From an uncultured Deinococcales bacterium (GTDB taxonomy: Bacteria; Deinococcota; Deinococci; Deinococcales; JAAFIG01), in contig CAXTKV010000040.1 in the NCBI GenBank assembly GCA_964244895.1, positions 1 to 31,257 of the forward strand: DNA of 31,257 nt, given 5' to 3'. A program made the translations under genes and the position numbers. Shown here piece after piece: positions 1 to 8,767 of this stretch. The notes under the pieces are model-generated. The model did no database searches. It was not told the origin of the DNA and saw only the letters and a program-made list of their open reading frames with translations. Numbering within the stretch: the first letter of the stretch is position 1; the number at the start of each line of letters is the position of its first letter.

Positions 1-350
1 CATTCCCAGCGCGCCAGCCCGTAGGCGGCGGGCGTGCCCAGCACCAGCGCCAGCAGCGTCGTCAAAAGCGACACGACCAGCGAATTCAGCACGTTCTTAC
101 CGATGCCTGCCTCGAGAAAGGCCTTGGCGTAATGCTCTAAGGTCGGCGCGAACACGAACACGGGCGGGAAGGCCAGCACGTCCGTGCGGGTTTTCAGAGA
201 CGCCGTGACCATCCAGAAAAACGGAAAGACGGTCGCCACGATGATCACCACCAACGCGATCGCGACCGGCCACGATCCGGTTCTCGAGCGGCGCCGAATC
301 GCGGCGGGACGCTCCAGATCGGCGTTGCTGACGGCCTTGTCCACGCTCAC
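1..350 (-). CDS. Carbohydrate ABC transporter permease (MalG-type), 3' part outside the window
   Basis: Hand translation from GTG at 350 (GTGA overlap with the upstream stop): MSVDKAV...VFPFFWMVTASLKTRTDVLAFPPVFVFAPTLEHY...NSLVVSLLTTLLALVLGTPAAYGLAR, a typical MalG-type N-terminus. Confidence 0.9.
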   Translation of the reverse strand, partial: MSVDKAVSNADLERPAAIRRRSRTGSWPVAIALVVIIVATVFPFFWMVTASLKTRTDVLAFPPVFVFAPTLEHYAKAFLEAGIGKNVLNSLVVSLLTTLLALVLGTPAAYGLARWE

Positions 351-1222
351 GCCTCGGCTTCCCGGTAGAAAATTCTGATGTAGGCTCGCGCCAGCAGGAT
401 CGTGACCACCAGCGTCAGGATCGCCATGGCGGACGCCACGCCCTGATCGAAGACCCGAAAGCCCGTGCGCTGCGTGTAGATCGCGATCAGTTCCGTGGCG
501 CTGCCGGGGCCGCCGCGCGTCATGACGAAAATCGAATCGAAGAGTTTCATCACGTCCGCCGTGCGCAGGATCAGCACGGCGGTCAAACCGGGCAGCAGGT
601 ACGGCCATTCGACGTGCCGGAACAGCAACCAGCGGCGGTTGGTCTCGAGGGTCGCGGCTTCAAACGCGTCCTGCGGCACGGCGGTCAGGCTGGCCAGCAT
701 GACCAGCGCGAAGAACGGCGTCCACTGCCAGGTGTCCATCAAGGCGATGGCCAAAAACGCCAGGTTCGGATCGCCCAACCACACGACCTTGCCCGCGCCG
801 AAAAGGGTCGTGACCCAATTGGCCAGACCGAAATCGCTGTCGAACACCAGCCGCCCGATCAAGCCGACCACGGCGGGCGTGGTGGCCAGCGGAATCACCA
901 GCGCCACCCGCGCCACGGCTCGCAAAAAAGGCCAGTCCTTGCGGTGCAACAACAGCGCGATCCCCAACCCCAGCGCGAACTGGATCGGTACGGTCAAAAG
1001 CAAGAACTTCAGCGTCAACCACAGCGCGCCCCAGAAGTACGCGTCCTGAAAGACGGTTGCGTAATTGGCGAAATTGTTCCAGTCGAAACCCAATCGCGGT
1101 TGCGCCAGGTTGTACTGCCGCAAGCTGACGTTGAGCGCGAACAACAGCGGTGCGATGCCGATCAATCCCAGCGCGATCACGGCGGGCGCGAGGAACAGAT
1201 TGCGATCTCTGGTGCTCCACAT
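347..1222 (-). CDS. Carbohydrate ABC transporter permease (MalF-type)
   Basis: Multiple hydrophobic segments, WQWTPF motif, EAA loop (FEAATLE), MTRGGPG motif. Confidence 0.93.
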   Translation of the reverse strand: MWSTRDRNLFLAPAVIALGLIGIAPLLFALNVSLRQYNLAQPRLGFDWNNFANYATVFQDAYFWGALWLTLKFLLLTVPIQFALGLGIALLLHRKDWPFLRAVARVALVIPLATTPAVVGLIGRLVFDSDFGLANWVTTLFGAGKVVWLGDPNLAFLAIALMDTWQWTPFFALVMLASLTAVPQDAFEAATLETNRRWLLFRHVEWPYLLPGLTAVLILRTADVMKLFDSIFVMTRGGPGSATELIAIYTQRTGFRVFDQGVASAMAILTLVVTILLARAYIRIFYREAEA

Positions 1223-1337
1223 CAGCGTTCAAGCCTCCGTTCGTCTCGAGCTTCAAGGTTCTCGGGAAGGAAGCGAGCCTCGAGAACGCGCTTGGATACG
1301 GTTGCGGTGGTTCACGGTCGTTCCCCTTCGTGCGCGA

Positions 1338-1375
1338 TTGTGATTTCTGTCTGCTTTGCGCGTGATCTTTTGTGA
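1338..1375. promoter_or_regulatory. Candidate DeoR-family operator repeats (TTGTGA/GCGTGA) ahead of the permease genes
   Basis: TTGTGA 1338-1343, GCGTGA 1360-1365, TTGTGA 1370-1375; same hexamer and 10-nt spacing as upstream of the DeoR gene. Confidence 0.45.
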
Positions 1376-1383
1376 TGTTTCAA

Positions 1384-1426
1384 GAAGACCGTTCTGGACG
1401 GTATTTCAAAATGGCGTTCTGGACGG
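1384..1426. repeat. REP-like palindromic repeat (two copies)
   Basis: ACCGTTCTGGACGGT at 1388-1402 and GCGTTCTGGACGG at 1414-1426. Confidence 0.8.
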
Positions 1427-1455
1427 CGTATTCCCATCGCTCGAGCTGTTCATCG

Positions 1456-1519
1456 CTGCGTCACTCGAGGTGCGAGTCCCTGCGTTACTCGAGGTGCGAG
1501 TCCCTGCGTCACTCGAGGT
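1456..1519. repeat. 24-bp tandem repeat, about 2.7 units, overlapping the stop codon of the SIS gene
   Basis: CTGCGT(C/T)ACTCGAGGTGCGAGTCC at 1456-1479 and 1480-1503, partial third unit 1504-1519. Confidence 0.92.
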
Positions 1520-2069
1520 TCGTGTGGCGCTCGCGCATCTGATCGGGCGTCTGACCCAAGCGCTCGCGCAGCAGGATCGAAACCAGGTCGTAAAACACGA
1601 GTTGCACGGCTTCAAACAGGCTGCCCATCGGCAGCAATCCGCTCGAGGCTCGGTCGTTGGCCATCGTCTGCGCGGGCAGCACGATCACCGCGTCGCAGGA
1701 TTTCGGTACGGCTCCATCGGGTTGGGCTGTGAAGCACAGCGTCCTCGCGCCGGACGCCCTGGCCACACCGACCAGACCCGCGACGGTCGAGAAATTCCCT
1801 GGCCCAGCGCTGACCATCAAAAGGTCGCCCGCTCCAACCGACGGCGTGGTCATGTCCCCGACCACGTGCGCGTCCAGCCCGAGGTGAAAGAGCCTCATGC
1901 AGAGCGCCCGCATCATCAAACCTTCGCGCCCCACGCCGTAGGTCGCGATCCGATGGGCCTTCAAAATTTCGACGAGCAGCGGTTCCGCCATTCCCGGCTC
2001 GAGCCTCGCGAAGACCTCGCCGATCTCGCCGAGCGCCCTCGAACCGAGTTGTGAAATGTCGTCGTTCAC
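1509..2069 (-). CDS. SIS-domain sugar-phosphate isomerase, 6-phospho-3-hexuloisomerase (HxlB/PHI)-like
   Basis: [37 protein letters not shown] and C-terminal HTNLE match PHI family motifs. Confidence 0.85.
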   Translation of the reverse strand: MNDDISQLGSRALGEIGEVFARLEPGMAEPLLVEILKAHRIATYGVGREGLMMRALCMRLFHLGLDAHVVGDMTTPSVGAGDLLMVSAGPGNFSTVAGLVGVARASGARTLCFTAQPDGAVPKSCDAVIVLPAQTMANDRASSGLLPMGSLFEAVQLVFYDLVSILLRERLGQTPDQMRERHTNLE

Positions 2070-2096
2070 GGTTCACTCCAGGTTTTCGCGTCCGCA

Positions 2097-2154
2097 AAGA
2101 CCGTCCAGGACGGTCTTCTTGGGGGCCGGGAAAATGTGTGTCGGACGGTCTTTC
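2097..2154. repeat. REP-like palindromic repeat (perfect copy plus half copy)
   Basis: Perfect 21-nt palindrome AAGACCGTCC-A-GGACGGTCTT at 2097-2117; GGACGGTCTTTC at 2143-2154. Confidence 0.9.
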
Positions 2155-2249
2155 TTCGTGAAACGAGATCGCCCTTCTGGCCTCACGAAACATCGTTGGA
2201 TGGCTCGAGCGCACCGACCTCGCCGCACGCTCGAGCCGAATCCTGAACG

Positions 2250-3611
2250 CTACTGCAGCTTGGGCTTCTTGCCGTCGTAGTACCCGGCCTTGGTCAGGAT
2301 GTCCTTGACTTTGGCGTCTATCTGGGTCGCGCCATCTTTGACGCTGACCTTGCCGAGCATCATCTCGGTGCCGACCTGCGCCACCACCTCAGAGATCGCG
2401 GGCCATTCGGGGAAACGCGGGCGGAAGACGGGGTTGCCCTGGTTCCAGGCTTTGACCATCGGCACGGTGAACGGGAAGGCCTTGGTGATGGCCGGATCCT
2501 TGTAGGCGCTGGTGCGTGCGCTGACGCCACCGGCGCGGACGTAATCCTTGGATTTGGCTTCGGACGTGATCCACTGGATGAACAAGTAGGACGCGGCCTG
2601 TTCCTTCTCGCTCGAGAAGGCGTTGACGCCGTAGCTGAAGCCGCCCAACGCGCCTTTGATGCCGGCTGGCCCCGCCGGTTCGGTGTCGACCGCCAGGCAG
2701 TTGCCGATCTTCGAGGATTTCGGGTCGTTGAGCGTGCCGTTGAAGGCGCTCCACTCGGTGATCATCGCGACTTTGCCCTGCGCCAGGCCGTTGACGGCCT
2801 CGTTGTGGTCGTAGTCCACAATGCCGGGCGGCATGTACTTCAGCAAATCCTGGCGGAACTGCAAGCCCTTCTGGGACGCCGCCGAGAGCAAATTCGGCTC
2901 GAAGGTCTTGGCGTCGATCAGGCTGCCGCCGAACGGCCAGAGCATCCGCATGAAGCTGTCCGCGCTCTGCGTCTCGCCGCGCCGCGACTGCAGGGCGTAA
3001 GCGTACTGGCCCTTCTTGGCGTCGGTCAGTTTGGGCGCGTATTTGGTCATCAATTCGTCCCAGGTTTTGGGCGGCGATTTGAAGCCCGCCTTCTCGAGCA
3101 TGCACCTGTTGTAGAACAGCAATCCGGCGTAGTTGTCGAACGGCAGGCCGTACAGCACCTTGTCCCACGTGCCGAACGAATCCAGCAAAATCGGGAAGAA
3201 GCCGTTCAAATTGAGCGCCGGGTCGGCCAGCTTGGGGTCTTTGGTGAACTTCTCGAGCGGCGTCAGCCAGCCGTTGGCGGCGAACTCACCGACCCAGACC
3301 ACGTCGGTCAGGGCGACATCGTACTCGCCGCCTTTGGCGGTGAAATCGAGCACTTCTTTTTCGCGGGTGTTCTCGTAGGGGATGACTTCGCTCTCGACTT
3401 TGATGCCGGTCAGTTTCTCGAATTCCGGCACCAGCTTTGCGGCGGCCTTGTAGCCGGGGCGATCCAGGTAGACGGCCTTGATGGTCGTGCCCGCGTAGGG
3501 TTTGGCGGCTTCGGCCAGGGTCCACGCGCCCTGCGCGGTGCCGCGCGTGGCCAGCACACCTGCGGCTGTGGCGGCGAGTCCGAGACCGACGACCAGTTTC
3601 CAGTGCTTCAT
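2250..3611 (-). CDS. Sugar/polyol ABC transporter substrate-binding protein
   Basis: Signal peptide; [30 protein letters not shown] motifs of family-1 binding proteins; GGAGG RBS. Confidence 0.93.
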   Translation of the reverse strand: MKHWKLVVGLGLAATAAGVLATRGTAQGAWTLAEAAKPYAGTTIKAVYLDRPGYKAAAKLVPEFEKLTGIKVESEVIPYENTREKEVLDFTAKGGEYDVALTDVVWVGEFAANGWLTPLEKFTKDPKLADPALNLNGFFPILLDSFGTWDKVLYGLPFDNYAGLLFYNRCMLEKAGFKSPPKTWDELMTKYAPKLTDAKKGQYAYALQSRRGETQSADSFMRMLWPFGGSLIDAKTFEPNLLSAASQKGLQFRQDLLKYMPPGIVDYDHNEAVNGLAQGKVAMITEWSAFNGTLNDPKSSKIGNCLAVDTEPAGPAGIKGALGGFSYGVNAFSSEKEQAASYLFIQWITSEAKSKDYVRAGGVSARTSAYKDPAITKAFPFTVPMVKAWNQGNPVFRPRFPEWPAISEVVAQVGTEMMLGKVSVKDGATQIDAKVKDILTKAGYYDGKKPKLQ

Positions 3612-3659
3612 GCGAACCTCCTTGGTACTGTGGGACTTGGAGCGACTGCGGCATTGGCG

Positions 3660-3727
3660 CGGTACGTCTTGTGCTGGTCCCTCCTTTCGACACCCTGGCG
3701 GCGCAGTGGCTGCTGTGTTCGCCAGGG
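3660..3727 (-). promoter_or_regulatory. Hairpin + orphan Shine-Dalgarno GAAAGGAGGG + CAAGACGTACCG leader element upstream of the binding-protein gene
   Basis: Stem 3693-3700/3720-3727; GAAAGGAGGG at 3688-3679 with no start codon at RBS distance; CAAGACGTACCG at 3671-3660. Confidence 0.5.
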
Positions 3728-3865
3728 ACTCAGGTTCCGTCGGTGGGCGGTCGGGTGGAGTTTCGGGTCCTCGTGCCTCGAGCGCGCCCGGTTCGAGCGG
3801 TGAGGTTCAAGCGGTATCGTCAGCGACGGGATTCCAAAAGGGCGCGCTGGACGGTGTTCTCGAGG

Positions 3866-4888
3866 TTAGTCGCCGATGTGGATCACGCTCTTGATCACGC
3901 CGTCGCTGCGGTTGGCCTGAAGCACGAACGCTTCCGGCGCGCGCTCGAGGGTGAAGTGGTGGGTGGCGATGGCTCTGATGTCCACGCGTCCGTCCTGGAC
4001 GAGTTTGATCGCGCGAGGGTAGACGTGACCCATGCGGCGCGACATCTTGATGGTCAGTCCCTTGCGCCGCACCTGCGAGGCGGTCAGGGAAAAACCGTTG
4101 CCGTCCGGTATGCCCACCAGCACGACCTTGCCACCGATGCGCGCGACCGTGCAGGCCGCCTCCGGGCCATCGGGCGTATCGGTCGCCTCGAGCACCACGT
4201 CCACGCCGCGGTTGTTGGTGGCGGTTAAGAGCGATTGTGGCGTGTCGTGAGCGCTGTCCGCGCCCAGTTTCAGGGCCAGTTCGCGGCGGTAGCCGATCGG
4301 GTCGAGCGCGTGAACTGCCGCCGCGCCGACCACGCGGGCGAGTTGCACGATCAGCAAGCCGATCGCGCCCGTGCCGACCACGGCGACGCTCGCGCCGAGC
4401 TTGATCTTGGCCAGGTCAATCGCGTGAATCGCGACGCCCAAAGGCTCCAGGAGCGCCGCATCGGCGGCGTCGAAACCGTCGGGCAGCTTGAAAAGCGCGT
4501 CCGGTCTGGCGTCGTAAACCTCGCGCAGCGCGCCCAGCACCGGGGCGGAACCCGCGAATTTAACGTTCGGACAGAGGTTGACCTCGCCGCGCTCGCACCA
4601 TTCGCAGTGCCCGCACGGTTCGGCGGGATCGACGGCCACCAGCGTGCCGCTCGGGAAACCCAGCGCTTCGCCCCGCTCGTCGTCCACGACCGCAGAGAAC
4701 TCGTGCCCGAGGATGAACGGTTCCGTGATCACCGACGAACCGATCGCGCCTTCTTTGTAGTAGTGCAGATCCGAACCGCAGACCGTCACGGCCTGTACGC
4801 GCAAGCGCAGCGCATCGGATCGGGAACCGGGATCGCTCCAGTCGCCGAGGCGCATCGTGCCGGGGCCATCCAGAAATAAGGCTTTCAT
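3866..4888 (-). CDS. Zinc-dependent (MDR) polyol dehydrogenase, sorbitol dehydrogenase-like
   Basis: CGSDLHYY, GHE catalytic-Zn motif, CGHCEWC..C structural Zn site, GTGAIG NAD motif; start moved to ATG 4888 (MKALFLDG) behind a GGAG RBS. Confidence 0.92.
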   Translation of the reverse strand: MKALFLDGPGTMRLGDWSDPGSRSDALRLRVQAVTVCGSDLHYYKEGAIGSSVITEPFILGHEFSAVVDDERGEALGFPSGTLVAVDPAEPCGHCEWCERGEVNLCPNVKFAGSAPVLGALREVYDARPDALFKLPDGFDAADAALLEPLGVAIHAIDLAKIKLGASVAVVGTGAIGLLIVQLARVVGAAAVHALDPIGYRRELALKLGADSAHDTPQSLLTATNNRGVDVVLEATDTPDGPEAACTVARIGGKVVLVGIPDGNGFSLTASQVRRKGLTIKMSRRMGHVYPRAIKLVQDGRVDIRAIATHHFTLERAPEAFVLQANRSDGVIKSVIHIGD

Positions 4889-4976
4889 TTGGGCTCCATT
4901 CGCAAACGAGCCGACAGGGACGCATCGGATCGTCCGGGACGCGATGTAAATCTGGCACGCGAAGTGAGTGGGCGAA

Positions 4977-5744
4977 TCACGCGTTGACCTCCCTCGCTCG
5001 GATGACGCTGACATCGTGCTGCTCGAGGTATCTCGCGGCTTCAACCGATAGTTTCGAGTCGGTGATGATCGTGTGAACGTTGCTGAGCGGCGCGACCAGC
5101 GGCCCCATGACTTTCCCCCACTTGCTGGAATCCGAGACGATCACGGTCTTGCGCGCGGCCCGCAGCACCTGATGCAGCACGCGCGCCTCGCTTTCCGAAT
5201 AGACCGTCAGGCCGCCCTCGATGTCCATGCCGGTCACGCCGATGAAGGCCAGGTTGATGAACATCCGCTCGATGCTGGCCTCGGCGGCCTCACCGACCAA
5301 CGCTTCGGCGTGGCGTCGCACGCTGCCGCCCGTCAGCACGACCTCGAGTTCGGTGGTGCCCATCAGTTCCTGCGCGATCGGCAAGCTGTTGGTGATGACC
5401 GTCAGCCCTTCTCTGGGCAGCGCCCGCGCGATTTCAGTGGTGGTCGTTCCCGGCGAGAGGTAGATCGTCGCGCCGGGCTGGATCAGGTTGGCGGCGGTTC
5501 TGGCGATGGCCTGTTTTTGCGCGTGCTGCTGCACGATCCGTTCACGGTACGGGGTTTCCTGGACGCCGACGTGCGCCACACCACCGTGCATCTTGCGCAC
5601 CAATCCTTGTTGCTCGAGAAATTGAACATCTCTGTGGATCGTCATTTCGCTGACCCCGAAAGTTTCTGCCAGTTCGGCGATGCGGGCTCGACCGCGTTCG
5701 GCGGTCAGGCTCAACAGTTTTTGACGACGCTCTTCCGCCAGCAC
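4977..5744 (-). CDS. DeoR/GlpR family transcriptional regulator
   Basis: ERRQKLL...VSEMTIHRD HTH, HGG, GTTT, VITNS, SDSSKWG motifs. Confidence 0.95.
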   Translation of the reverse strand: MLAEERRQKLLSLTAERGRARIAELAETFGVSEMTIHRDVQFLEQQGLVRKMHGGVAHVGVQETPYRERIVQQHAQKQAIARTAANLIQPGATIYLSPGTTTTEIARALPREGLTVITNSLPIAQELMGTTELEVVLTGGSVRRHAEALVGEAAEASIERMFINLAFIGVTGMDIEGGLTVYSESEARVLHQVLRAARKTVIVSDSSKWGKVMGPLVAPLSNVHTIITDSKLSVEAARYLEQHDVSVIRAREVNA

Positions 5745-5795
5745 GGTAGGTCACTCCTGGGTACTCGCAGATCGGTTTGGGTTGTGGCTCGCGAA

Positions 5796-5824
5796 ACGAT
5801 ACCTGACCCCGAAACGAAAGTCAA
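5796..5824 (-). promoter_or_regulatory. Sigma70-type promoter of the DeoR/polyol locus
   Basis: Minus strand TTGACT (5824-5819) - 17 nt - TATCGT (5801-5796). Confidence 0.7.
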
Positions 5825-5831
5825 CATTTCC

Positions 5832-5864
5832 TCACAATTTGAGTGTTTTTGTGAAATCTTGTGA
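5832..5864. promoter_or_regulatory. Candidate DeoR operator repeats
   Basis: TTGTGA at 5849-5854 and 5859-5864 (10-nt period) plus inverted TCACAA at 5832-5837, just upstream of the -35 box. Confidence 0.5.
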
Positions 5865-5976
5865 CCTCCAGATCCTGCGGCAACGCACCGATGGCCACTT
5901 CAGAGCAGATCCTGACCCGACCCCGCCTCATTCGTCGCGATGTCCGATCCGGGCTATCGCCCTTCGAGCGCACAGC

Positions 5977-6037
5977 GAGAAAACCGTCCAGGACAGTATT
6001 CTCTGGGTCTCGAGAATCGCGTCCTGGACGGTCTCTC
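5977..6037. repeat. REP-like inverted repeat pair
   Basis: ACCGTCCAGGAC 5983-5994 and its exact reverse complement GTCCTGGACGGT 6021-6032. Confidence 0.9.
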
Positions 6038-6151
6038 GAGCCATGCCCCAGTCAAGCGGTGCGCTGCACCTCGGTTTTCTCGGACAATCTGGGTTGAAAA
6101 TTGACCAGCGCGCACCGTTGAGCCGTCGCTCCGGGCACAGAATCGGCGACC

Positions 6152-7225
6152 CTATATTGGTCGCTTCAACCGCGCCCCGCACGACTGACGGATGACCAGC
6201 GGCGTCTCGACGATCACGTGGCGTTGCGCTGGAACCTGCCCCTGCAACAGTTTCGTCAGGATCTGCACGCCCAGCTCGCCCTGCTCGACCGCCGAAACCT
6301 GAACGGTCGTCAGGGGCGGAATCGTAAAGGCCGCCGTCGGCGTGTCATCGAAACCGACCACGGCGATGTCCTCGGGGATGCGCAGGCCGCGCTGCTGAAT
6401 GGCGGCCATCGCGCCGAGCGCGACCGTGTCGTTGCCCGCGAACACGGCGGTCGGTCGGGATCCGCGTTCGAGCAAGCGCTCCATGGCGTCGAAACCGCTC
6501 TGGGCGCTGTAATTGCCGTACTCGACCAGGCGCGGGTCGTTGGGCAATCCCGCAGACTCGAGGGCGGACAGGTAACCGAGGTGCCGATCCTGCGTGGCGT
6601 GGTACTGCGCGGGCGAGAAGGTCACGTGCGCGATGCGCTCGTGACCCAGACCGATCAGGTGTTCGGTGATTCGGCGTCCGGCGTCTCGGCCATCGGTTCC
6701 GACCGAAGCGGAACGCGCGCCGAGTTCGGCCCAGCCGGGGAAACCCACCAGCACGACCGGGAAATCGCGGGCGATCAGCGCGGGCAGTTGCGTGTCGTCG
6801 GAGCGCGTGTTCAGGACGATCAGCCCATCGATCCGACGCCCGCGCACCAGCTCGTCGTAGGCGTCGGGCCTGGTGACATCCTCGACCGTCTCGAGCAGCA
6901 CGCGGTAGCCGAGCGCGTGGCTGCTGCGGCTGAGGCTGTAGAGCAACTGCGGAATGAACGCGTCCACCTGAAGGTGCTCGGCCTGCGCGACCACCAGCCC
7001 GATCGTGCGCGTCTCGCCGCTGACCAGCATCTGGGCTGCGGCGTTGGGCACGTAACCGAGTTCTTCGGCGGCTTTCAGCACGCGCTCGCGGGTTTCCTGC
7101 CTGATGTTCGCACCCGGCGCGTCGTTCAGCACGAACGAAACCGTGGTTCTCGAGACCCCTGCAAGCTTGGCGACCTGCTGGCTGGTGACGCGTTTGTGCC
7201 TGTCCTGAACGATGTTTTTAACCAC
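6152..7225 (-). CDS. LacI family transcriptional regulator
   Basis: TSQQVAKLAGVSRTTVSFVLN HTH, LGYVPN, IPEDIAVVGFDD, PPLTTV; probable GTG start at 7225 overlapping the end of the upstream GH4 gene (start uncertain). Confidence 0.93.
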   Translation of the reverse strand: MVKNIVQDRHKRVTSQQVAKLAGVSRTTVSFVLNDAPGANIRQETRERVLKAAEELGYVPNAAAQMLVSGETRTIGLVVAQAEHLQVDAFIPQLLYSLSRSSHALGYRVLLETVEDVTRPDAYDELVRGRRIDGLIVLNTRSDDTQLPALIARDFPVVLVGFPGWAELGARSASVGTDGRDAGRRITEHLIGLGHERIAHVTFSPAQYHATQDRHLGYLSALESAGLPNDPRLVEYGNYSAQSGFDAMERLLERGSRPTAVFAGNDTVALGAMAAIQQRGLRIPEDIAVVGFDDTPTAAFTIPPLTTVQVSAVEQGELGVQILTKLLQGQVPAQRHVIVETPLVIRQSCGARLKRPI

Positions 7226-8600
7226 CCATCGCGGTCTGAAGTTCGGCTGTCCGCAGGCTTTCAGGCAGAAAATCACCGTGCGCCGCGATCAGTTCGTCCA
7301 CCAGGCTCTTGATCTGATCCAGGTCGAGTTCCGCCGCCGTGTGTGGATCGAGCATCGCGGCGTGATAGACGTGCTCGCGCTTGCCGGTCAGGGCGGCCTC
7401 GACGGTCAGTTCCTGGACGTTGACGTTGGTGCGCATCATGGCGGCCAGTTGCGGCGGGATGGTGCCGATGCGGGTCGGCTGGATGCCGTTCTCGTCGACC
7501 AGGCATGGCACTTCGACGCAGCAGCCTTGGGGCAGGTTATCGATCAGGCCGTCGTTCAAGACGTTGCCGTAAATCACGCGCGGTTGACCGGTGTGGTGGC
7601 TATGAATGATCAGCGATCCGTACTCGACGCTGCGTTTGACGCTCAAGGGTTCGTCCCCCTCGAGCTTGCGGCGCAACGATTCCCAGCTTTCGATGTTGCG
7701 CTCGCAACGGCGGATGTACTCGTCGATCGGGATGTTGAAACGCGCCAGCAAGTCCGGGCGGTGCGATTTGATGAACCACGGCACGTATTCACTGAAGTGC
7801 TCACTCGATTCGGTCACGGAGTACCCGAAGTGCTTGAAGACCTCGTAGCGCACGTGGTCGGTCAGTCCCCACGGCATGTCGTTGCTGACGCGATGCGTGA
7901 ACTTACCGCGCGCCACGAACTCGCGCACCAACGGGTACAAGTCCTCGCGCCTGCCGTCCTTGTGGTGGCGCTCCAAGGTCAGGTAGAACGCCATGTGGTT
8001 GATGCCCGCCACCAGGTAATGGACTTCCTCGGGTGGCACGCCGATGTCCTGCGCGATCTCCTTGGCGGTGTGCGGCACGCTGTGGCACAAACCCACGACC
8101 TTGATCGGGCTGGCTTTGGAAAGTGCCCAGGTGTTGATCGCCATCGGGTTGACGTAATTCAGGTGCAGCACGTCCGGGCAGACGCGCTCCATGATGCGCG
8201 TGTAAGCCAGCAAGACCGGCACCGTGCGCAAGCCGCGCATGATCCCGCCGATCCCGAGCGTGTCGGCGATGGTCTGCTGCAAACCGTACTTTTTGGGAAT
8301 CTCGAAATCGATCACGGTGGACGGTTTGTAACCGCCGACCTGAATCATGCTGATGGCGTAATCCGCGCCCTCGAGCGCGCGCTCAGCGTCGGTGCTGACG
8401 GTGATTTTGGGGTTGACACCGAGCGCCTGCGTGATCTTGCGCGCCACGATCTCCGATGTCCGGAGGCGTTCCGGATCGATGTCGAAAAGCGTGATGTGCG
8501 CGTTCTCGAGTTCCGGGTAGCTCAGGATGTCGCCCATCAGGTTCTTGGCGAAGACCGTGCTGCCCGCGCCGATCAAGGTAATTTTGGGTGCGTTGCTCAT
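7218..8600 (-). CDS. melA: Family 4 glycoside hydrolase, NAD+/Mn2+-dependent alpha-galactosidase (MelA-like)
   Basis: KITLIGAGSTVF, QTIADTLGIGG, NYVNPM, GLCHSV, AGINHMAF, TESSEHFSEYVPWF, LDPHTAA motifs. Confidence 0.9.
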   Translation of the reverse strand: MSNAPKITLIGAGSTVFAKNLMGDILSYPELENAHITLFDIDPERLRTSEIVARKITQALGVNPKITVSTDAERALEGADYAISMIQVGGYKPSTVIDFEIPKKYGLQQTIADTLGIGGIMRGLRTVPVLLAYTRIMERVCPDVLHLNYVNPMAINTWALSKASPIKVVGLCHSVPHTAKEIAQDIGVPPEEVHYLVAGINHMAFYLTLERHHKDGRREDLYPLVREFVARGKFTHRVSNDMPWGLTDHVRYEVFKHFGYSVTESSEHFSEYVPWFIKSHRPDLLARFNIPIDEYIRRCERNIESWESLRRKLEGDEPLSVKRSVEYGSLIIHSHHTGQPRVIYGNVLNDGLIDNLPQGCCVEVPCLVDENGIQPTRIGTIPPQLAAMMRTNVNVQELTVEAALTGKREHVYHAAMLDPHTAAELDLDQIKSLVDELIAAHGDFLPESLRTAELQTAMGG

Positions 8601-8671
8601 GGTGTTTCCTTTCGGTGGCGAGTTGACGGTTTGAAGGTTGAGATGAAATTCAAGTTTTGATGATTGAAAAA

Positions 8672-8722
8672 ACCGTCCAGAACACGAATTTTAGCTTTCG
8701 AGAGAATGCGTCCGGGATGGTC
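8672..8722. repeat. REP-like degenerate inverted repeat pair
   Basis: ACCGTCCAGAAC ... GTCCGGGATGGT. Confidence 0.65.
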
Positions 8723-8767
8723 TCGCGCTGCGGTCTTCTCGGCTCGAACGAGTCCACTTCGCCGACA

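Noticed and set aside
1509..2069. RuMP formaldehyde fixation pathway
   Set aside because: No hexulose-6-phosphate synthase in the window and the gene is embedded in a sugar uptake locus; cannot be fully excluded because the locus is truncated
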